A stretch of 64,000 nt of DNA from Octopus vulgaris (lineage: Eukaryota), in contig OX597831.1 in NCBI GenBank assembly GCA_951406725.2, positions 55,242,001 to 55,306,000 of the forward strand, read 5' to 3'. The notes under the pieces are model-generated. The model saw nothing but the letters and a program-made list of their open reading frames with translations, was not told the DNA's origin and did not search any database. Positions 1 to 15,005 of this stretch are shown here, piece after piece (position 1 is the first letter of the stretch; every line of letters begins with the position of its first letter). The translations under genes and the position numbers were made by a program.

Positions 1-2530
1 GTTGTATATAAATGTGTGTGTGTTCTGTAGCCCTTCCACCACTTCTCAACTAGTGTGAGTTTGTTTACATCCTCATAAAATAAACAATTTGGCATAAGAG
101 CCTGAGAGAATAAGCATCACAAAAAAAAATAAGTACTGGGGTCAGTTTGTTCAACTAAATCCTTCAAGTGATGCCCCAGCATGGTCACAGTCCAATGACT
201 GAAACAAGTAAAAGACAAGTATTAGAAAATTTTTCACATTTTCACATTAAATGGCTCCTTAACAAATTTTACTGTGATGTGAGCATCAAGTCAGGTCACT
301 GGTTTTGAGGATATCTTCCACCCTTTCTAGCACCAGTCTTCAAGGCACTTTCTTTATCTCCTGACTAAAAGATTAAGATTAAAAGAATAAATAAATCTCT
401 TATCTTTTACTAGTTTCAGACATTGGACTGTGGCCTTGCTGGAGCACAACTTTGAAGGGTTTTTAGTGAAACAGAGTGACCCCAGTATTTATGTCATTTT
501 TAAGTCCAGTACTGTAGAAACACTGCCAGATCAGACTGGGCCTGGTGCAGCCTTCTGGCTTCCCAGACCCCCAGGTGAACCGTCCAACCCATGCTAGCAT
601 GGAAAGCGGACGTTAAACGATGATGATGATGATACTTATTTTTATCAGTCTATTTTACTGAACTGCTAAGTTACAAGGAATTACACAAACACTGTTGTCA
701 AGCTGTGGGTGATAAAGACCAACACAGAAACCCCCCATACACACACACACACATTTTAGAGGTGTACTTGCTGGGCAAGTAACTTGATCTGAGACTGTTC
801 AAACTAAACCAACTACAATGTGGAGAACATATTAGTGATTCAAAAATACTGAAAAAATATTAAATTTGCTTAAACATTTATTACTTAATGTCAAAATTTT
901 CATCATGACCTGGTCACTGACATAATTCCAACTAAAACATTGTTGTATCCCTGGACAAAATATATAATACTGCTAATTTCCACCAAACAGTGACTGCTTT
1001 TATTCCACAACTATGTACTTAGACATAGTAAAGGAATCCAGTTATAAAAGTGTTTTTCTCAAAGAATATGGCAAATTTGAAAAACAGCATCTTATGTTAG
1101 CATAGGAAAATAGAGGTTTAAAAAAAACAAGGGAACAACAATCTGGGTTAATTTTTTACATATGTACGTAACTATGAGATAAAAAATACATTATGTATAC
1201 ACGGTGGTTGATGAAGCTGTAAATTATATAGCCACAGACAGAGAAAGAAAGTAAAAGAAGAAATATATAATGTATATATAAGTAAAAAACTACTAGTGAG
1301 ATCACCTACTGACTTTGGAAGACATTTGAATAAACTGGAAATACTGTTGATAGTACAAGTAACCTTGAGATTTTTGCAAAAACTACTCCATATCAATTAC
1401 ATTTTGTTCCATTAAAAATTTGTGTATATACACACACACACACACACACACAGATTGCCATATAAACACATTAAATAATTTAAGTTAGAAATGTTGCTGG
1501 AGTTTTATGTTTCACAGTATGGTGTCTTACTGGGAAAAAAAGACAAGAAACTCCAGTTATTTAATGAAGTGAATAATAAATACATAGTAGCGAAATTATT
1601 ACACACTTGATGCTAAATGTCAAGAAATGTCAAAAGTAATTCAAAATCTCCAAACTTAATTTTGACCAATAATGTACACTCTGATAGACTGACCAGTTCA
1701 TTACAATATTGACTCTGTTCCCATAAGACTTGAGAATCTCACATTAACACAGACTCCATCTATTCAAATACCTACTGATGAAATCACAACAGATTTCAAG
1801 AATATATGCTTCAAGAAGTTCACTTATTGTTCTCTATAAGTAGTACAAAGCTGGTACATGTTATTGAGTTGCTCTTTTACTAAATAGCTTGTCAGCTTCA
1901 CCTGACATTTTAAAACAGGTACATTCATCACTTCCACATAGCATCATACTGTAACCTATCATTTCTCTCTCTTTTGAATAGCTTTTGAATACCATAATAA
2001 CTGTTAGTATCAAATTGCTTTCATAGCTCACTTCAATTAATTCTAACCTTCAAATTCACGTGATATGCCATCAAACCTTATTCTTAGCATTACTTTCTAG
2101 TTTTTTCAGAAATATTTCAGTGTTGATCTTAAAAGCTGATGGTTTATATAGCTGGATGCACTTCCTAACCCTTCCATTGGAAAGTGAAATTGCTGTCTAT
2201 TTTTTAGCAAGTAGACACAACACAAAACCATTTTCTATGAGATTGCACATAATATCTTTCAACAGTGCTTTCTCTAAAAATATGAACAGAAGCACTAACT
2301 TTTTAACTATCAATCAATTTATCTCTCTTTCTGTCTATTTAACTATCTATCTACCTCCCTTTTACTAAATTCTTAATCAAATTTAGTAACTCCATCTAGA
2401 TTTATATATTTAGAATAGAGAAATTTTACTGTAGACAAAATATTTGTGGACAACATGTTGGAGTTTGTTTTAGTGAATGACTTTGTACCAATCAGTTAGG
2501 TGTCCTTTCTTTCTTTGGATGAGGTCTATA

Positions 2531-2554
2531 GTGTGTGTGTGTGTGTGTGTGTGT

Positions 2555-2601
<47 letters not shown>

Positions 2602-2648
2602 TGAGCATGTGTCTGAGCGTGTGTATGTGGAGAGAGAGAGAGAGAGAA
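2531..2648. repeat. (GT)n/(GA)n compound microsatellite
   Basis: Directly visible. Confidence 0.95.
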
Positions 2649-3241
2649 GCAAGACAGTCTTAGATAAAGAAGTAGCTGTTCTACAGTGGGTTTCACTTGA
2701 GCATTACACAAACTTTAGAGCTGTTGGAGAGTAAAGCATTTTCTGATGCAGTAGTTTGTATGTTGAGGATGTGTACCCAGTAATGATGAAGCAAGCATTT
2801 ATAAAGACTAGTTCCACCTAGTTCATGTTTAGCAAAGAAGGGGTATGATATTGATTGTTTGAAATGAGTAGTGATTGTGTCTTTGTATTTTGGAAAAAGA
2901 CAAGATAAGATGACTTCTCTGTTGAAAATAGTAATCCACTCACAAGACTTTGGATAGCCTAGGGTTATATTAGAAGACACTTGCCCATGGTGCCACACAA
3001 TGGGAATACATACACACACACACACACACACATCAAATGAACTATATTTAACCAAACATTCTGACAAAAAAAAGAAAATAAAGTGAACACTTGGAATAAT
3101 TAAGTAGATTTAAATATCACATATAAACAAGCCGTTCAATGTTCTGAAAGTAGAGTGAAATGGGTACAGACATTAGTTCAAGTCCTTTAACTAACAGCAT
3201 TTTATATGTTTCTACAATATCTCTATATAATAACTAGAATG

Positions 3242-3383
3242 TATAAAGAGCTCGGGGCTGGAGACTATTATAGCAGTCATTTCTTTTTCTTCTCCCTCAA
3301 TAAAAGAGTAAAGCTAATGAAATCAAACAACCAGTGCCTATAATCTAATTTCTATGCTAGCTACATATATATTCAAGGTAAGC
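3242..3383 (+). promoter_or_regulatory. Candidate TATA promoter, short non-coding first exon and splice donor
   Basis: TATAAAG at 3242, Inr-like GCAGTC/TCATTT at 3273-3282, donor AAG|GTAAGC at 3377/3378. Motif spacing only, in AT-rich DNA. Confidence 0.25.
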
Positions 3384-5902
3384 GATGTGTAATTAATGAA
3401 GTAATCTCAAAGCAGTGGCCAGAATGAAAAGCGTAGGCTATTTGAATAAGATAATCCAGTGAATAGAGTCAGGGATTAATTCTACAAGTTGACACCTCGA
3501 CATAATTGGTTCTCTTTCACTTTCACTCTTTCTTACAGTTGCAACTATCTCCCTATATACATATGATAGACTCCCCTGTCGAAGACAATGTATGAGTGTT
3601 CAGTGAGAAGACAAAGAAAAAAATATATACTATTTGCATATAGTCATAAGCTGGCAATTTGATTCGTCCCCGGTTCTATGTGATGTTGATAAATCACAAA
3701 ATTGGTGAAATATCAGTATCCATCACTCCTGAATTCAATCAAAGATGAGCTGTCTCACCTGTCTATGACATTCAGCTATTTTAACGTCTAGCATTATGAG
3801 GGAGTCATTCTGCACTATAACGCAGCAAACCAGCGAACAAACAAAACACATACATTGAGTATGTGCGGTTGATAATGTTTACAACACTAGTGCTGCTTTT
3901 AATTCATTATTGAATACACCCCCCACACCACACACACACATGCATACACACACATGTATAAGCATACATACGTTTATCTCTACCTTTATTTTTCACAAAC
4001 AAATATAGGCTTTGCATAAGAGCATGCATCCATACATATGTACACACACACACGTGTACAAATACACAAAGCAATTTTACTCTGTATATCAAACTGTTGC
4101 CAAGTTTCATTAGCTTCTGTTTATTTTTCAAGAAAAGTTTTAAATGTTCCAATAAGTTATGCCATTAACAGAGGAAATAAACATATCAAATAACCTCCAA
4201 AAAGCAGCTGATAGAAAATTAAAACAGCAAAAGCAATTTTCACTTTACACGTTCTCAAATATATCAAGTAGATCAGTTCTGTTTGCTTGCTTACAAACTT
4301 TAGTCATGTAGATATCTTTGTGAAAAGGTTTATTTTCAAGAGTGTTTATCACAATGGTTTCTTCTTAGATATCTTGCATGATACTTCAGATTTACACAAT
4401 AGTGAGTGTTGGAGCAGGGGATAGATTGTTCTGGTTTCCCCACATGCTTCTAGTGATGTAAAGTAAACAAAAGAGTTCTGACTGAGAATCAAAAATGCAG
4501 TTGCACACTTGATTGTCTAAGAACAGATTGATGCCAAAACAGCACCTGCTATGTATTCCTGCAGCAATAATAATTTCATATTTTGGTACAAGGCCAGCAA
4601 TTTCAGGGGAAATGGTAGTGCTCAACTGGTACTTATTTTATTGATCCCAAAAAAGGATGAAAGGCAAACTCAACCACAGTAGAATTTGAACTCAGAATAT
4701 GAAGTCAGACGAAATACCACTAAGCATTTTGCGTGGTGTGCTAACAATTCTGCCAGCTTGCTGCCTTTGTAGAAAAGTAATAATGCAACAATAACATCAA
4801 CAAAGATCAGTTAGAAGTAATCTATATGTGGCTCAAATTATTAGGAGGTAATACTGAAATATAGTAATCTACACTCTACAAAAGAAGGCACAGTTATTGT
4901 CATGTATGTGGATATGAGAATCCTGCAGTTTCATACACATACACACTCAAGTACACCCATGACCAATTTGTGTTATATATGGAATGCATGAATTACAGAT
5001 TGAAGATATTTACAATAGAAACAAATCAAACAAGACATGCTGAGATCAGAAAGAACACTGGTCGTTGTGCACTAGGATAATACAGAATCAAGATGTATTC
5101 TTTTATATTTTTATGGGTTCAGTCATTTACTGAGGCACTTCTTTCAAGGGATTTCAGCGAATGTCATCAAAACCAATATTTATTTCATTCTGGTATATAT
5201 TTTTACCAATATCTAATGTTACACTGATAGGTTTTGATTTTTGACACAACACCAGTTTTTACACAAACTATGGATAAATATGGACATAAACACACCCACA
5301 GAGATATATATACATACATGTGTGTGTGTGTGTGTGCATATGTGCTTGTGTGCATGTGAAAATAATAAACAGAAAATGTACAATTCCCTTTATATTTCAG
5401 TTAATTAATTGCAAAGTTCATTACTACAAACAAATAATTTTGAAATACAAAAATATGTATTTAATAACAGATTATTATAATCAAATTGTTTTGAAAACAC
5501 ATTATTACATTTGATATGTTATTAAATATGATACAATATCTGGGAACATGTAATAATGTATCTTAAAATAATCTGCTTGTGCTAATCTGTTTTTGAAATG
5601 ATTTAATTGCAATAATGTACTTGGAATTAATTAATTGCAGTATAAAAGTAGTAGAACATTTTCTTCTGTTAATTATTATTTTTTCCCTACCTCCCAACTT
5701 GAAAGGGATAATTTTAATATTTTATATGTATATATCATCATCATCATAATGTCTGATTTTCTATGCTTGCATGGGTCAAACAGAGTTTAATTCGATTTTT
5801 TACAGTTGAGTGCCCATACTGTCACCAACCCTCACCTGTTTCCAAGCAAGGTAATATTTCAAAATGGCCAGACATCTTCCGATGGAAATAAACAACACTG
5901 CT

Positions 5903-6035
<133 letters not shown>

Positions 6036-6124
6036 TGATATAAATCTACGTGTATGTGTATATTCATAATCATATATGTCTGCAAATATGTGTGTGTGTG
6101 TGCAAAGATATAAATCTATATGTA

Positions 6125-6260
6125 CATGGTCTGATCAATAAGTATCCGGACTGTTGCTGTAGTAACGAAGCTAAAGCACACAGAGTGAAACCACTTTATG
6201 CAACTTTGCTTAGGCCTCTGAGCAGGTATCACCAAGCTTTTGGCAAAATTTGATGTGGTG
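6125..6260. mobile_element. Mariner-like terminal fragment
   Basis: TA+CATGGTCTGATCAATAAGTATCCGGAC resembles mariner TIRs; no partner end found. Confidence 0.4.
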
Positions 6261-6769
6261 AAGATTCCTCATACTGAATTGATGGCAGTGAACTTACCTG
6301 TAATTGGCTACAACTGTAGGAGAGAGAGGAGAGAGTAAAAGAGGGAGAGGAGAGAGTAAGGAAAGAGAGAGGGAGGAGAGAGAGAGGAAGAAGAGAGAAG
6401 AGAGAGAAGAGAGAGAGAAGATGGTGAATTTATTATAGGGGGTACACTCAGGTTACAGGGAGATGTACATAAGTGGGGCTATGGATTGGATAGGGTGAAT
6501 GGTAAGTTCACAAGATTGCAAAAGGAGAGTGGGAGTTGTAGAGAAGAGAATGTCAGTAGTGGACAGAAACAGAGGGAGGGATTGTTAGGAAGATATGTCA
6601 TGAGGAAGAGATTGGGAGATTGAGAGGAGTACAGTGGATGGTAGGCACAGGTGATGGAGAAGAGAAAGTGTTGGGAAGATGGGAAGTTGGACAAATCCTA
6701 TGTGGAATAGGGGGGAGGGCATGGACATAAAGGACATGCCTTTATGGCCTTAATTTTATTTAGCGGGTT

Positions 6770-7080
6770 GGGTCTCCTCAAGCACAACAAATTGCTGATT
6801 GTCTCTGTTCTTTGTCATCTCATCCGTGAAGCTTAGTTTCATTTGATCATTTTTCATCACTTTATCCAAAGTGTTCCTGGGTCTACCCACTTTCACAGGT
6901 TCTCTCCATAATTAGAGATCAGCCACATCTTTGTGCAGCTGTCTTCATCCATATGCATCACATGACCATACCAGCAGTCTTCTCTTTTACACACTACAGC
7001 TGATGCCTCTTATACCCAATTTTTCTTTTAAATCATTTACACAGTCTTACATGCACACTGGCATTACCCATCCAGAGGAG
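6770..7080 (-). mobile_element. RTE LINE C-terminal fragment
   Basis: Reverse strand encodes WYGHVMHMDEDSC and GRPRNT-like remnants, as in the other RTE copies. Confidence 0.65.
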
Positions 7081-7150
7081 AATAAAAAATGATTATTCCA
7101 TTTCTATAATTGGCCATCACAGCATCCTACATGTTTGAGTAACTATTATA

Positions 7151-7365
7151 AAGGTGGAGAGCTGGCAGAATCGTTAGCACACCAGATAAAATGCTTAGCA
7201 GCATATTGTCAGTCTTTACATTCTGAATTCAAATTCTGCCGAGGTCAACTTTGCTTTTCATCATTTCAGGGTCAATAAATAAGTACTAGCTGAACACTGG
7301 AGGTGATCTAATCGACTTAGCCCCTCTCCTGAAATTGCTGGCCTTGTGCCAAAATTTGAAACCAT
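7151..7365 (+). mobile_element. SINE family B (tRNA-like head, Meta/MESC-like core), representative copy
   Basis: aaggtggagagctggcagaa...ttcaaattctgccgagg...tttcatc...aagtac...aaatttgaaacc. Other copies at 4575-4768 (-), 10262-10457 (-), 36760-36970 (-), 37095-37230 (-), 37900-38105 (+), 38152-38365 (+), 42722-42940 (-) and 49022-49237 (+). Confidence 0.8.
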
Positions 7366-9663
7366 TATAATTACTATAGTTCAGCACAAAATATTCAACC
7401 TAAGACAAATAAATATGAACAAAAATAGCTTGAAAAAAGCAGGAAAAAATTACGTGGAGGTTATGCACTAACTAACATACCTGATCATTCAATAGACAAG
7501 ATCTAATTACTCTACGTTCTCATTGCCTCACTCTCAGGAACTTAGAAATCTACTTGATCTCAACAGCCTGTTTGTAGAATTAGCTGAGGATCTGGGTGGT
7601 ACTGAGAAAGATGTGTAGTGGTGATGGTAATGATGGTGAGAGAGGTGATGGCGGTGGCAGCAACAGCAGTATTTGTTGTTGTTGTTGTTGTTGTTGTAGT
7701 TGCAGCAGTAGTGGTAGCAGCAGCAATAACAGCATCACCCTTCTTCAAATTTAATACCAAAATCAAACCACCCAAATTCTAAAAATACACATCACAAAGA
7801 AATAAAATGAGATTTTTTTTTTTTTTGTAAATTCGATTGAATACTTGCTGAATTGTTTATCTGATTCAGCAATGAGATAAACCTCAGGATGGAGCAATAG
7901 TTTAGCTGAACTTAAAGAACAGTTAGCAGTGTAGGAGATAGCTCCTGAAATACTTCAAAATGGTGTTTTGCAACGCTAAGGATAGATTTGAAATTTGCAT
8001 GTGTTGAAAATTTTCAATAAAGTTTTGACATAAGATTTATAAATCTATTTGTTTTGGTATCATAATTAAGTAATAAACATAAAATTCTGTCAGTTTTTTT
8101 TTTTTTAATTTGCTCAATTTCATTGAAATAGATAATTATCTCTGGGACACTCCATATAGAATAAAACACAAAATGTTATAGTTCTGAGGAAGTGATAAAG
8201 TATCTTAATACTATCTTAATGTACAGGATCTTCCCCACTTCCATCACACCACTCTTTTATTCTTTTACTCTTGTTTCAGTCATTCGACTGCAGCCATGCT
8301 GGAACACCACCTTAAAGGGTTTTTAGTTGACGAAATTGACCCCAGGATTTATTTTTTTAAAGCGTAGTACTTATTTTACTGACCTATTTTGCCAAACTGC
8401 TAGGTTACAGGGACAGAAACACACCAGCATCGGTTGTTAGGTGATGGGTATGGCGGACAAACACACACACACACATGCACATGCACGCACACACACATAC
8501 GATGGGCTACTTTCAGTTTCTGTCTACCAAATCCACTCACAAGGCTTTGGTGGGCCTGAGGCTATTGTAGAGACACTTGCCCAAGGTGTCACACAGCAGG
8601 ACTGAACTCTGAACCATGTGGTTGGGAAGCAAGGTCTGTACCACACAGCTATGCCTGGGCCACTACATAAGAAAAAAGAATAAAGATTTGATTTACAAAT
8701 AAACACAAAGTAAAAATCTGAAGAAAATTTCTTCAGCCTCTGGAAGAATTTGAAACTGTTTTACAAATAGTTCTTAGCCTTGTGCTTAGCTGCTAGGTCA
8801 CTTTACCTCTGGATATTTAAAAACAGACAGAAATTGATTGAAAAGAAATAAAAGCAGCCTCATGAATTTGTGTTTTGGTCATTTGCCAAAACTGACCCAG
8901 CTACTGACCCAGTGTAGACACTAAACTACTTTGTATTTAGTTGAAGTGAACATTAGCAAAATAATTAAGAGTAATGTCAGTATTAGTAACATTGTGTAGG
9001 AATTACAATAAACACAAAATTGCCAATGATATCAGCAACTGAAAAATACAAGGTTGTAGATTTTGGCTTGCATGTAGGAAAAAATAGTTTCTTATGTTTT
9101 TAATATAATTAACTAAAGTGAAAAAATCTCTACCAACAACTCTAATTCTTTTACATCTACCTCTTTGCTTCTATTAATGTGATACATTACATATGTTTGG
9201 AGCAAGCGTTGTTGTTGTTGTTGATGTTTAGCTCTGTGTCAGTTCCAATAAAGAAAACCTAATGATCAAAGCCACAACCATCGTCTTATTTTCAGACAAT
9301 GTATCCAACACTACACCATCCTTTGTGACTTTGTATTTAAAATGGTATGGTGGTGTGAGGGGAATTTGGCTGCTCTTTCTTGTAGGTGGAGCAGCCATGT
9401 AGATGCACCGTCATTGCTTTGAGGCAAAGCACGTTTGGTAAACTAAGATAAAAACTGTAAGATACTGCATAGAAATTACATTCAGCAATGAGATAAACCT
9501 GAAGTTTAACTCTTACAACTACTAAATGTTGCCACAAGGTAATTCACAAACTATCAACAATTTTATGTTACTTAGATTTTTTAAAAATATATATGTGTTG
9601 TATTTAACATAATTACAAATGCCTACACTGTGACACATGTTAAGTAAAAACCACATCTATGTT

Positions 9664-9802
9664 GGTGCAGGAGTGGCTGTGTGGTAGCTTGCTTACCAAC
9701 CACATGGTTCTGGGTTCAGTTCCACTGCATGGCACCTTGGGCCGACCAAAGCCTTGTGAGTGGATTTGGTAGACAGAAACTGAAAGAAGCCCGTCATATA
9801 CA

Positions 9803-9845
<43 letters not shown>

Positions 9846-10070
9846 ATATGTTTGTGTGTCTACGTTTGTCCATCCCACATCATTTGACAACTGATGGTGG
9901 TGTGTTTGTGTCCCCATAACTTAGCGGTTCGGCAAAAGAGGCCGATAGAATAAGCACTAGGCTTACAAAGAATAAGTTCTGGTGTCGATTTGCTCAACTA
10001 AAGGTGGTGCTCCAGCATGGCCGCAGTCAATTGACTGAAACAAGTAAAAGAGTAAAAGAGAGAGTAAAGA
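9664..10070 (+). mobile_element. SINE family A (tRNA head, CORE-like segment, internal microsatellite), near full length
   Basis: A box gtggctgtgtggt, B box ggttcagttcc, tail (agtaaaag)n. Other copies near 1-217, 398-750, 8250-8660, 11240-11561, 23010-23190, 29985-30400, 32055-32885, 45490-46085, 46280-46580, 47560-47733, 49308-52150 (split), 56220-56450, 57780-58430, 59433-59565 and 61228-61625. Confidence 0.85.
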
Positions 10071-11075
10071 GATGGGTGAAATAATTTGTATCTTATTTAA
10101 AGGCAATAATATAATCGGAGATTAAAAATATTAGACATTAAATTGGATTAGAGAATTTATATCACAAACAAACATGAGTTCCAAAGCACCCACACTATTA
10201 GTTGTTTAATATATGTATTCTCTTGCTAATGTAAGATGCACTGGCCTTGATCATACATCCTTTCCAAGGCTCGAAATTTTGGGGGAGCCAGTTGATTAGA
10301 TCGACCCCAGTACACAACTGGTACTTAATTTATTGACCCCGAAAGGATAAAAGGCAAAGTCGATCTCAACAGAATTTGAACTCAGAACATAAAGATAGAC
10401 GAAACACCGCTAAGCATTTTGCCTGGCATGCTAACATTTCTGCCAGTTCGCCACCTTTCTTGATCACATATCAGTCATATTAATGGGGTCAAACCTTCTA
10501 AATTCCAACCTGCCTCCTCCAAAGTTTTCTTTAGACTACTTCTGTCATAAAAACATTCTATTACTCTCTGATAGCACTTTCTCCTCTACTAAACATCCAT
10601 TACTTGTTAACAGTTGTTTCTCTCATGCATTCACTGTTTAGTGCCTTTGATACTTAATTATTTTTCCAAGGACACTTAAAACTATTTCTCTCCCCTGACC
10701 CACTCTCTCAAAGCTCATGTTGCATATTAGGTGGACTATACTGAACTAAATTCCTCCTGATCGCAGAAAATCCTCTATCTTTGCCACTTGTGTTTCTGTG
10801 ATGTTGTTGTCCATCAAAATTATCATGCACTGTATATTCAGACTGGCAACCTCCTCTCAATTGTTATAGTCACAACATTTCAACTGCTGTACCTTCTTCA
10901 GGTGCCTATTGTATTCAGTAACATTACTGAGATAATGGGACATTGAATATAAGCAGTGACTAAGAGCTGTGCATTAAGTGTAGCAGTTTAGTCAGTGAGC
11001 ATGAAGGGTACCTTGGCTAAAGCACTGTGAATATAACAATCAAGATGAGAACAATCAATGTATATAATAATGATG

Positions 11076-11117
<42 letters not shown>

Positions 11118-12604
11118 TATATATGAACAATAATGTCACATCTTAGAAATACAGACAAGGCATCAAAATTCTAACACACGTGTTATATAATTTGATAAAT
11201 GTGGAGAACATCCTTAATTATCAATTTATTGTTGATTTTCTTTTTATCTTTTACCTACTTCAGTCTTTGGATTGCAACCCTATTCTATTGATCACTTTTG
11301 ACAAGCCACCAAGTTATAGGGACATAAACAAACCAACACTGGTTGTCAAGAAATGGTGGTGGTGAGGACAAACACACACACACACACATATGATGGGCTT
11401 CCACATAGTTTCTGTCAACCAGATTCACTAACAAGGCATTGGCCAGACCAGAATTATAGAAGAAACTAAGATACTTGTCCTAGGTACCACACGTTGGGAC
11501 TGAACCTGAAACCATATGGTTACAAAATGAGCATCTTAATCATACAACTATGCCTGCACCTATAAACAAGTTGCTTTTTTTTTGTTTTTTAAATATATTT
11601 TTATCAAAAAAATTTTTTTTTTCTTAGCAGCAAGTTTATTTCTTGCTTCATATTGAGTTAAGTGTTTTGTAAAAAGCAATGAATAGTATCATTTGGCAAA
11701 ACACACACACACACTCTCTCTCTCTCTCTCTCACACACACAACACATGATTTGTTATTTGATTCCTGAGGGCTGACTCCAAATATAGCAAAACTACCATA
11801 CACCAAGTCTTGACCATTACCTACTCCAGTTGACAGCCACCAGTCGATAATGGCAATTTTGTACAAACTTTTGTTATTCATTCAAATAATATATTCTTAG
11901 CAATCCAATCATCTTTCTGCACGAACTGCCTTATGCTGCTGCCAATATCCAATCTCTTCTGCAGCTCACTTTCACTTAGTAGGTTTTTCACATATCACAT
12001 TGCATAATGTAAAATATGGAAGATGACTTTCATAAATGGTTGGAAGATTTAATCAGTAATGAAAACTCCAATACTCCCTAATAAAGACTGATATACTTTT
12101 ACTTGATATTCAGTTGGTAAATATTTAATCAAGATCCACACACATACAAATATTTATTCATGCTTATACAGATTACAAGAACCAGCATAGGCAGATCTCT
12201 CCTAATACAAATTTTATGGGTATTGGATATCATATACCAAAATATGCAAAAGTGTAGCAAATGTTCTACAGATTTTGATGAATATCTTTCCAAATGCTGA
12301 ACACATATATATGTTTATTTGTTTACTTGTTTGTTTTCATGTCTGTTTCCCCCACCCCCAAGCCAGAATGGATTAGGTAAGTATGTTATTGAGGTATTAT
12401 TTTATAATTGGATGCCCTTGCTGATGCTAATGTGTGCCTGTAAGGAATTGCTTATTCCACATGCCTTCAAAGGCATGAAGCCAGCAAACAATTTACTTAG
12501 AGAAGTGCCAACAATAACAGAACTTGAATCCTTTAATTTCTGTATAAGCAGGTGCAGATAGTAACAAACACACTAACATATACACATGGTGCATGCACCT
12601 CCTC

Positions 12605-12641
<37 letters not shown>

Positions 12642-12644
<3 letters not shown>

Positions 12645-12908
12645 AGGCACAATGGCCCAGTTTCGACTCCCAGACCGGGCGTTGTGAGTGCTTATTGAGC
12701 GAAAACACCTAAAGCTCCACAAGGCTCTGGCAGGGGGTGGTGGCGATACCTGCTGTACTCTTTCGCCACAACCTTCTCTCACTCTTTCTTCTGTTGGCCT
12801 GCTCACTTAGCCAGCGGGGTGGCATCATTTGAAGGCTAAAACAATGCGCTTCGCATTCTGACCAGCGATGTGTAGCAACATCTGATAACCTGGTCAGTCA
12901 CGGTGATA
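12642..12908 (+). mobile_element. SINE-like element inserted in (TA)n
   Basis: ggaggcacaatggcccag...ttcgactccc resembles a deleted tRNA head; GC-rich; TA repeats on both sides. Confidence 0.55.
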
Positions 12909-13074
12909 TATATATATATATATTAATATTTCAGTTAGGCATAGTGAGACTAATAACCTGGAGTAGCAGTCAATATACATATAGTCTATAACACATATGT
13001 TATATGAGTATAGAGTGGTAATAGAAACAAAGAGAAGACACCGAAAAAACCAAATGTTATGTAATGAATTTCAT

Positions 13075-13157
13075 TAGCTTACAACTATTTCTGCTATAAG
13101 ATGTGGTGGACTCTTAGTTGAGAACCAGGATAACATTCTATAGCTTCATCAGAACCT
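13075..13157 (-). ncRNA. Degenerate hammerhead ribozyme motif
   Basis: Minus strand: ggttCTGATGAagctatag...ttatagcaGAAAtagttGTAagct; stem II gctata/tatagc. Confidence 0.45.
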
Positions 13158-13287
13158 TGAATATGAGGTACACTTTGTTTGGGGAAGTTACATTTCAGAA
13201 CATATAGGCATTATTAGTGAGAGAGTTTTAAGCTAATGTAATTCTTTACATAATATCTGGTTTTTACAGTGACTTATCATTGTTTCT

Positions 13288-13733
<446 letters not shown>

Positions 13734-13828
13734 AGTGAGAGAGAGAGAGACATATATATATATTTACACAGACAAACAAACACACACTTTGGTTGGCCTA
13801 ATGTTAAAGTAAATGATATTGCCTACGG

Positions 13829-14086
13829 GAGTGGTTCTCCACCATTTTTTGCCTATGAACACCTTTGATTCCTATTTTACTCGAGGGGAACACTCATAGC
13901 TATTCAGTATCTTAAAAACTCCTTTTATATTTCCATGATTAAATATTATTTGGAATTGTATAGAAAATTTTTTTTAAAAGATTTTGTGTATTGAAGAAAT
14001 ATAGCCAGTTTATTGCACCTAAATTTTAACAACAAAATCTTATGTGGACCCCCAAAGGACATATGGACCCCAGTCGAAAACCACTA
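13829..14086. mobile_element. hAT-like MITE remnant
   Basis: Termini agtggttctc...gaaaaccact are inverted; subterminal ggacccc repeats. Confidence 0.45.
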
Positions 14087-14974
14087 AAGCCTTATGATTG
14101 GGAAACAAACTTCTTAACTACTGAGCCATGTCTGCACCTCCTAAACTAGACACGCATGCATACATACATATATAGAGAATACCAATGCTGAACTATTGAG
14201 AAATCTGCAGTAACTCTATCCAGATTACAAGTTCAGGTCTATACCTGTAATTATTGGGGCACTGGGATATGTAACACACTGCTTAAATACCAATCCTGGG
14301 GAATTAGGCTTCACAAAACCAGAAAGGAGAAAGCTGATTTAAAGACTACAAATCCAAGCCAGCAGTGGAACTGTAAAAAAATCTGTAAAACTTTCCAAAA
14401 GTTTATCATTTAAGTATATATAAACATGTCAAGACATACAACTATATGCATGAGAATACAGGCATAAAACAAAACATACAAATCTACATATATACATACA
14501 TATATACAAAAATACCATGCTGATGTTGTTGAAATTCCATTGAAGGAGCCTTGGATCTAGGTTAGAAACGGCTCTTTCTCTATTGGTAAGAAATCTTGAA
14601 ATAAAACTGAATAGTGACTGACAGACAGACAAACAGACATGATGACCACTCTAAAGAATTTGTCAAATATTATCTTCAGACAAAGTCATAACAACTTAAT
14701 TTGGGGAGGGGGTGATTTGTTTGACTTTACTCAAACAAGTCAATTGGAACTTATCAGAGATTATACATGATAAATTCTTGTATAACATAGTAAAGAATTA
14801 AAGTTTAATGCTCTGAAAAAGAAGTCATTCTTGAAGTAATTCCTCTCAAATGATATAGAAATGATTTTTCTACAGTTTTGGTTTATTTTAAAAATAACTA
14901 GCAAAATAATTCCCACCACAGTTTTGAATATTTTTAAGCCACAAATTATTAAATAAACTGAATAAATGATTTAT

Positions 14975-15005
14975 TTCATTTTTCTTGTTTTTTTTTCTTT
15001 TTCAG
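14975..15005 (+). promoter_or_regulatory. Strong 3' splice acceptor, probable start of the exon carrying ORF 16023-16766
   Basis: About 30-nt polypyrimidine tract ending ttttcttt ttcAG|gtc (AG at 15004-15005), at the left edge of the SINE-free block. Confidence 0.55.

Noticed and set aside
2693-3067. 124-aa minus-strand ORF
   Set aside because: Includes a microsatellite; at best a faint retroelement remnant, with no gene signals.
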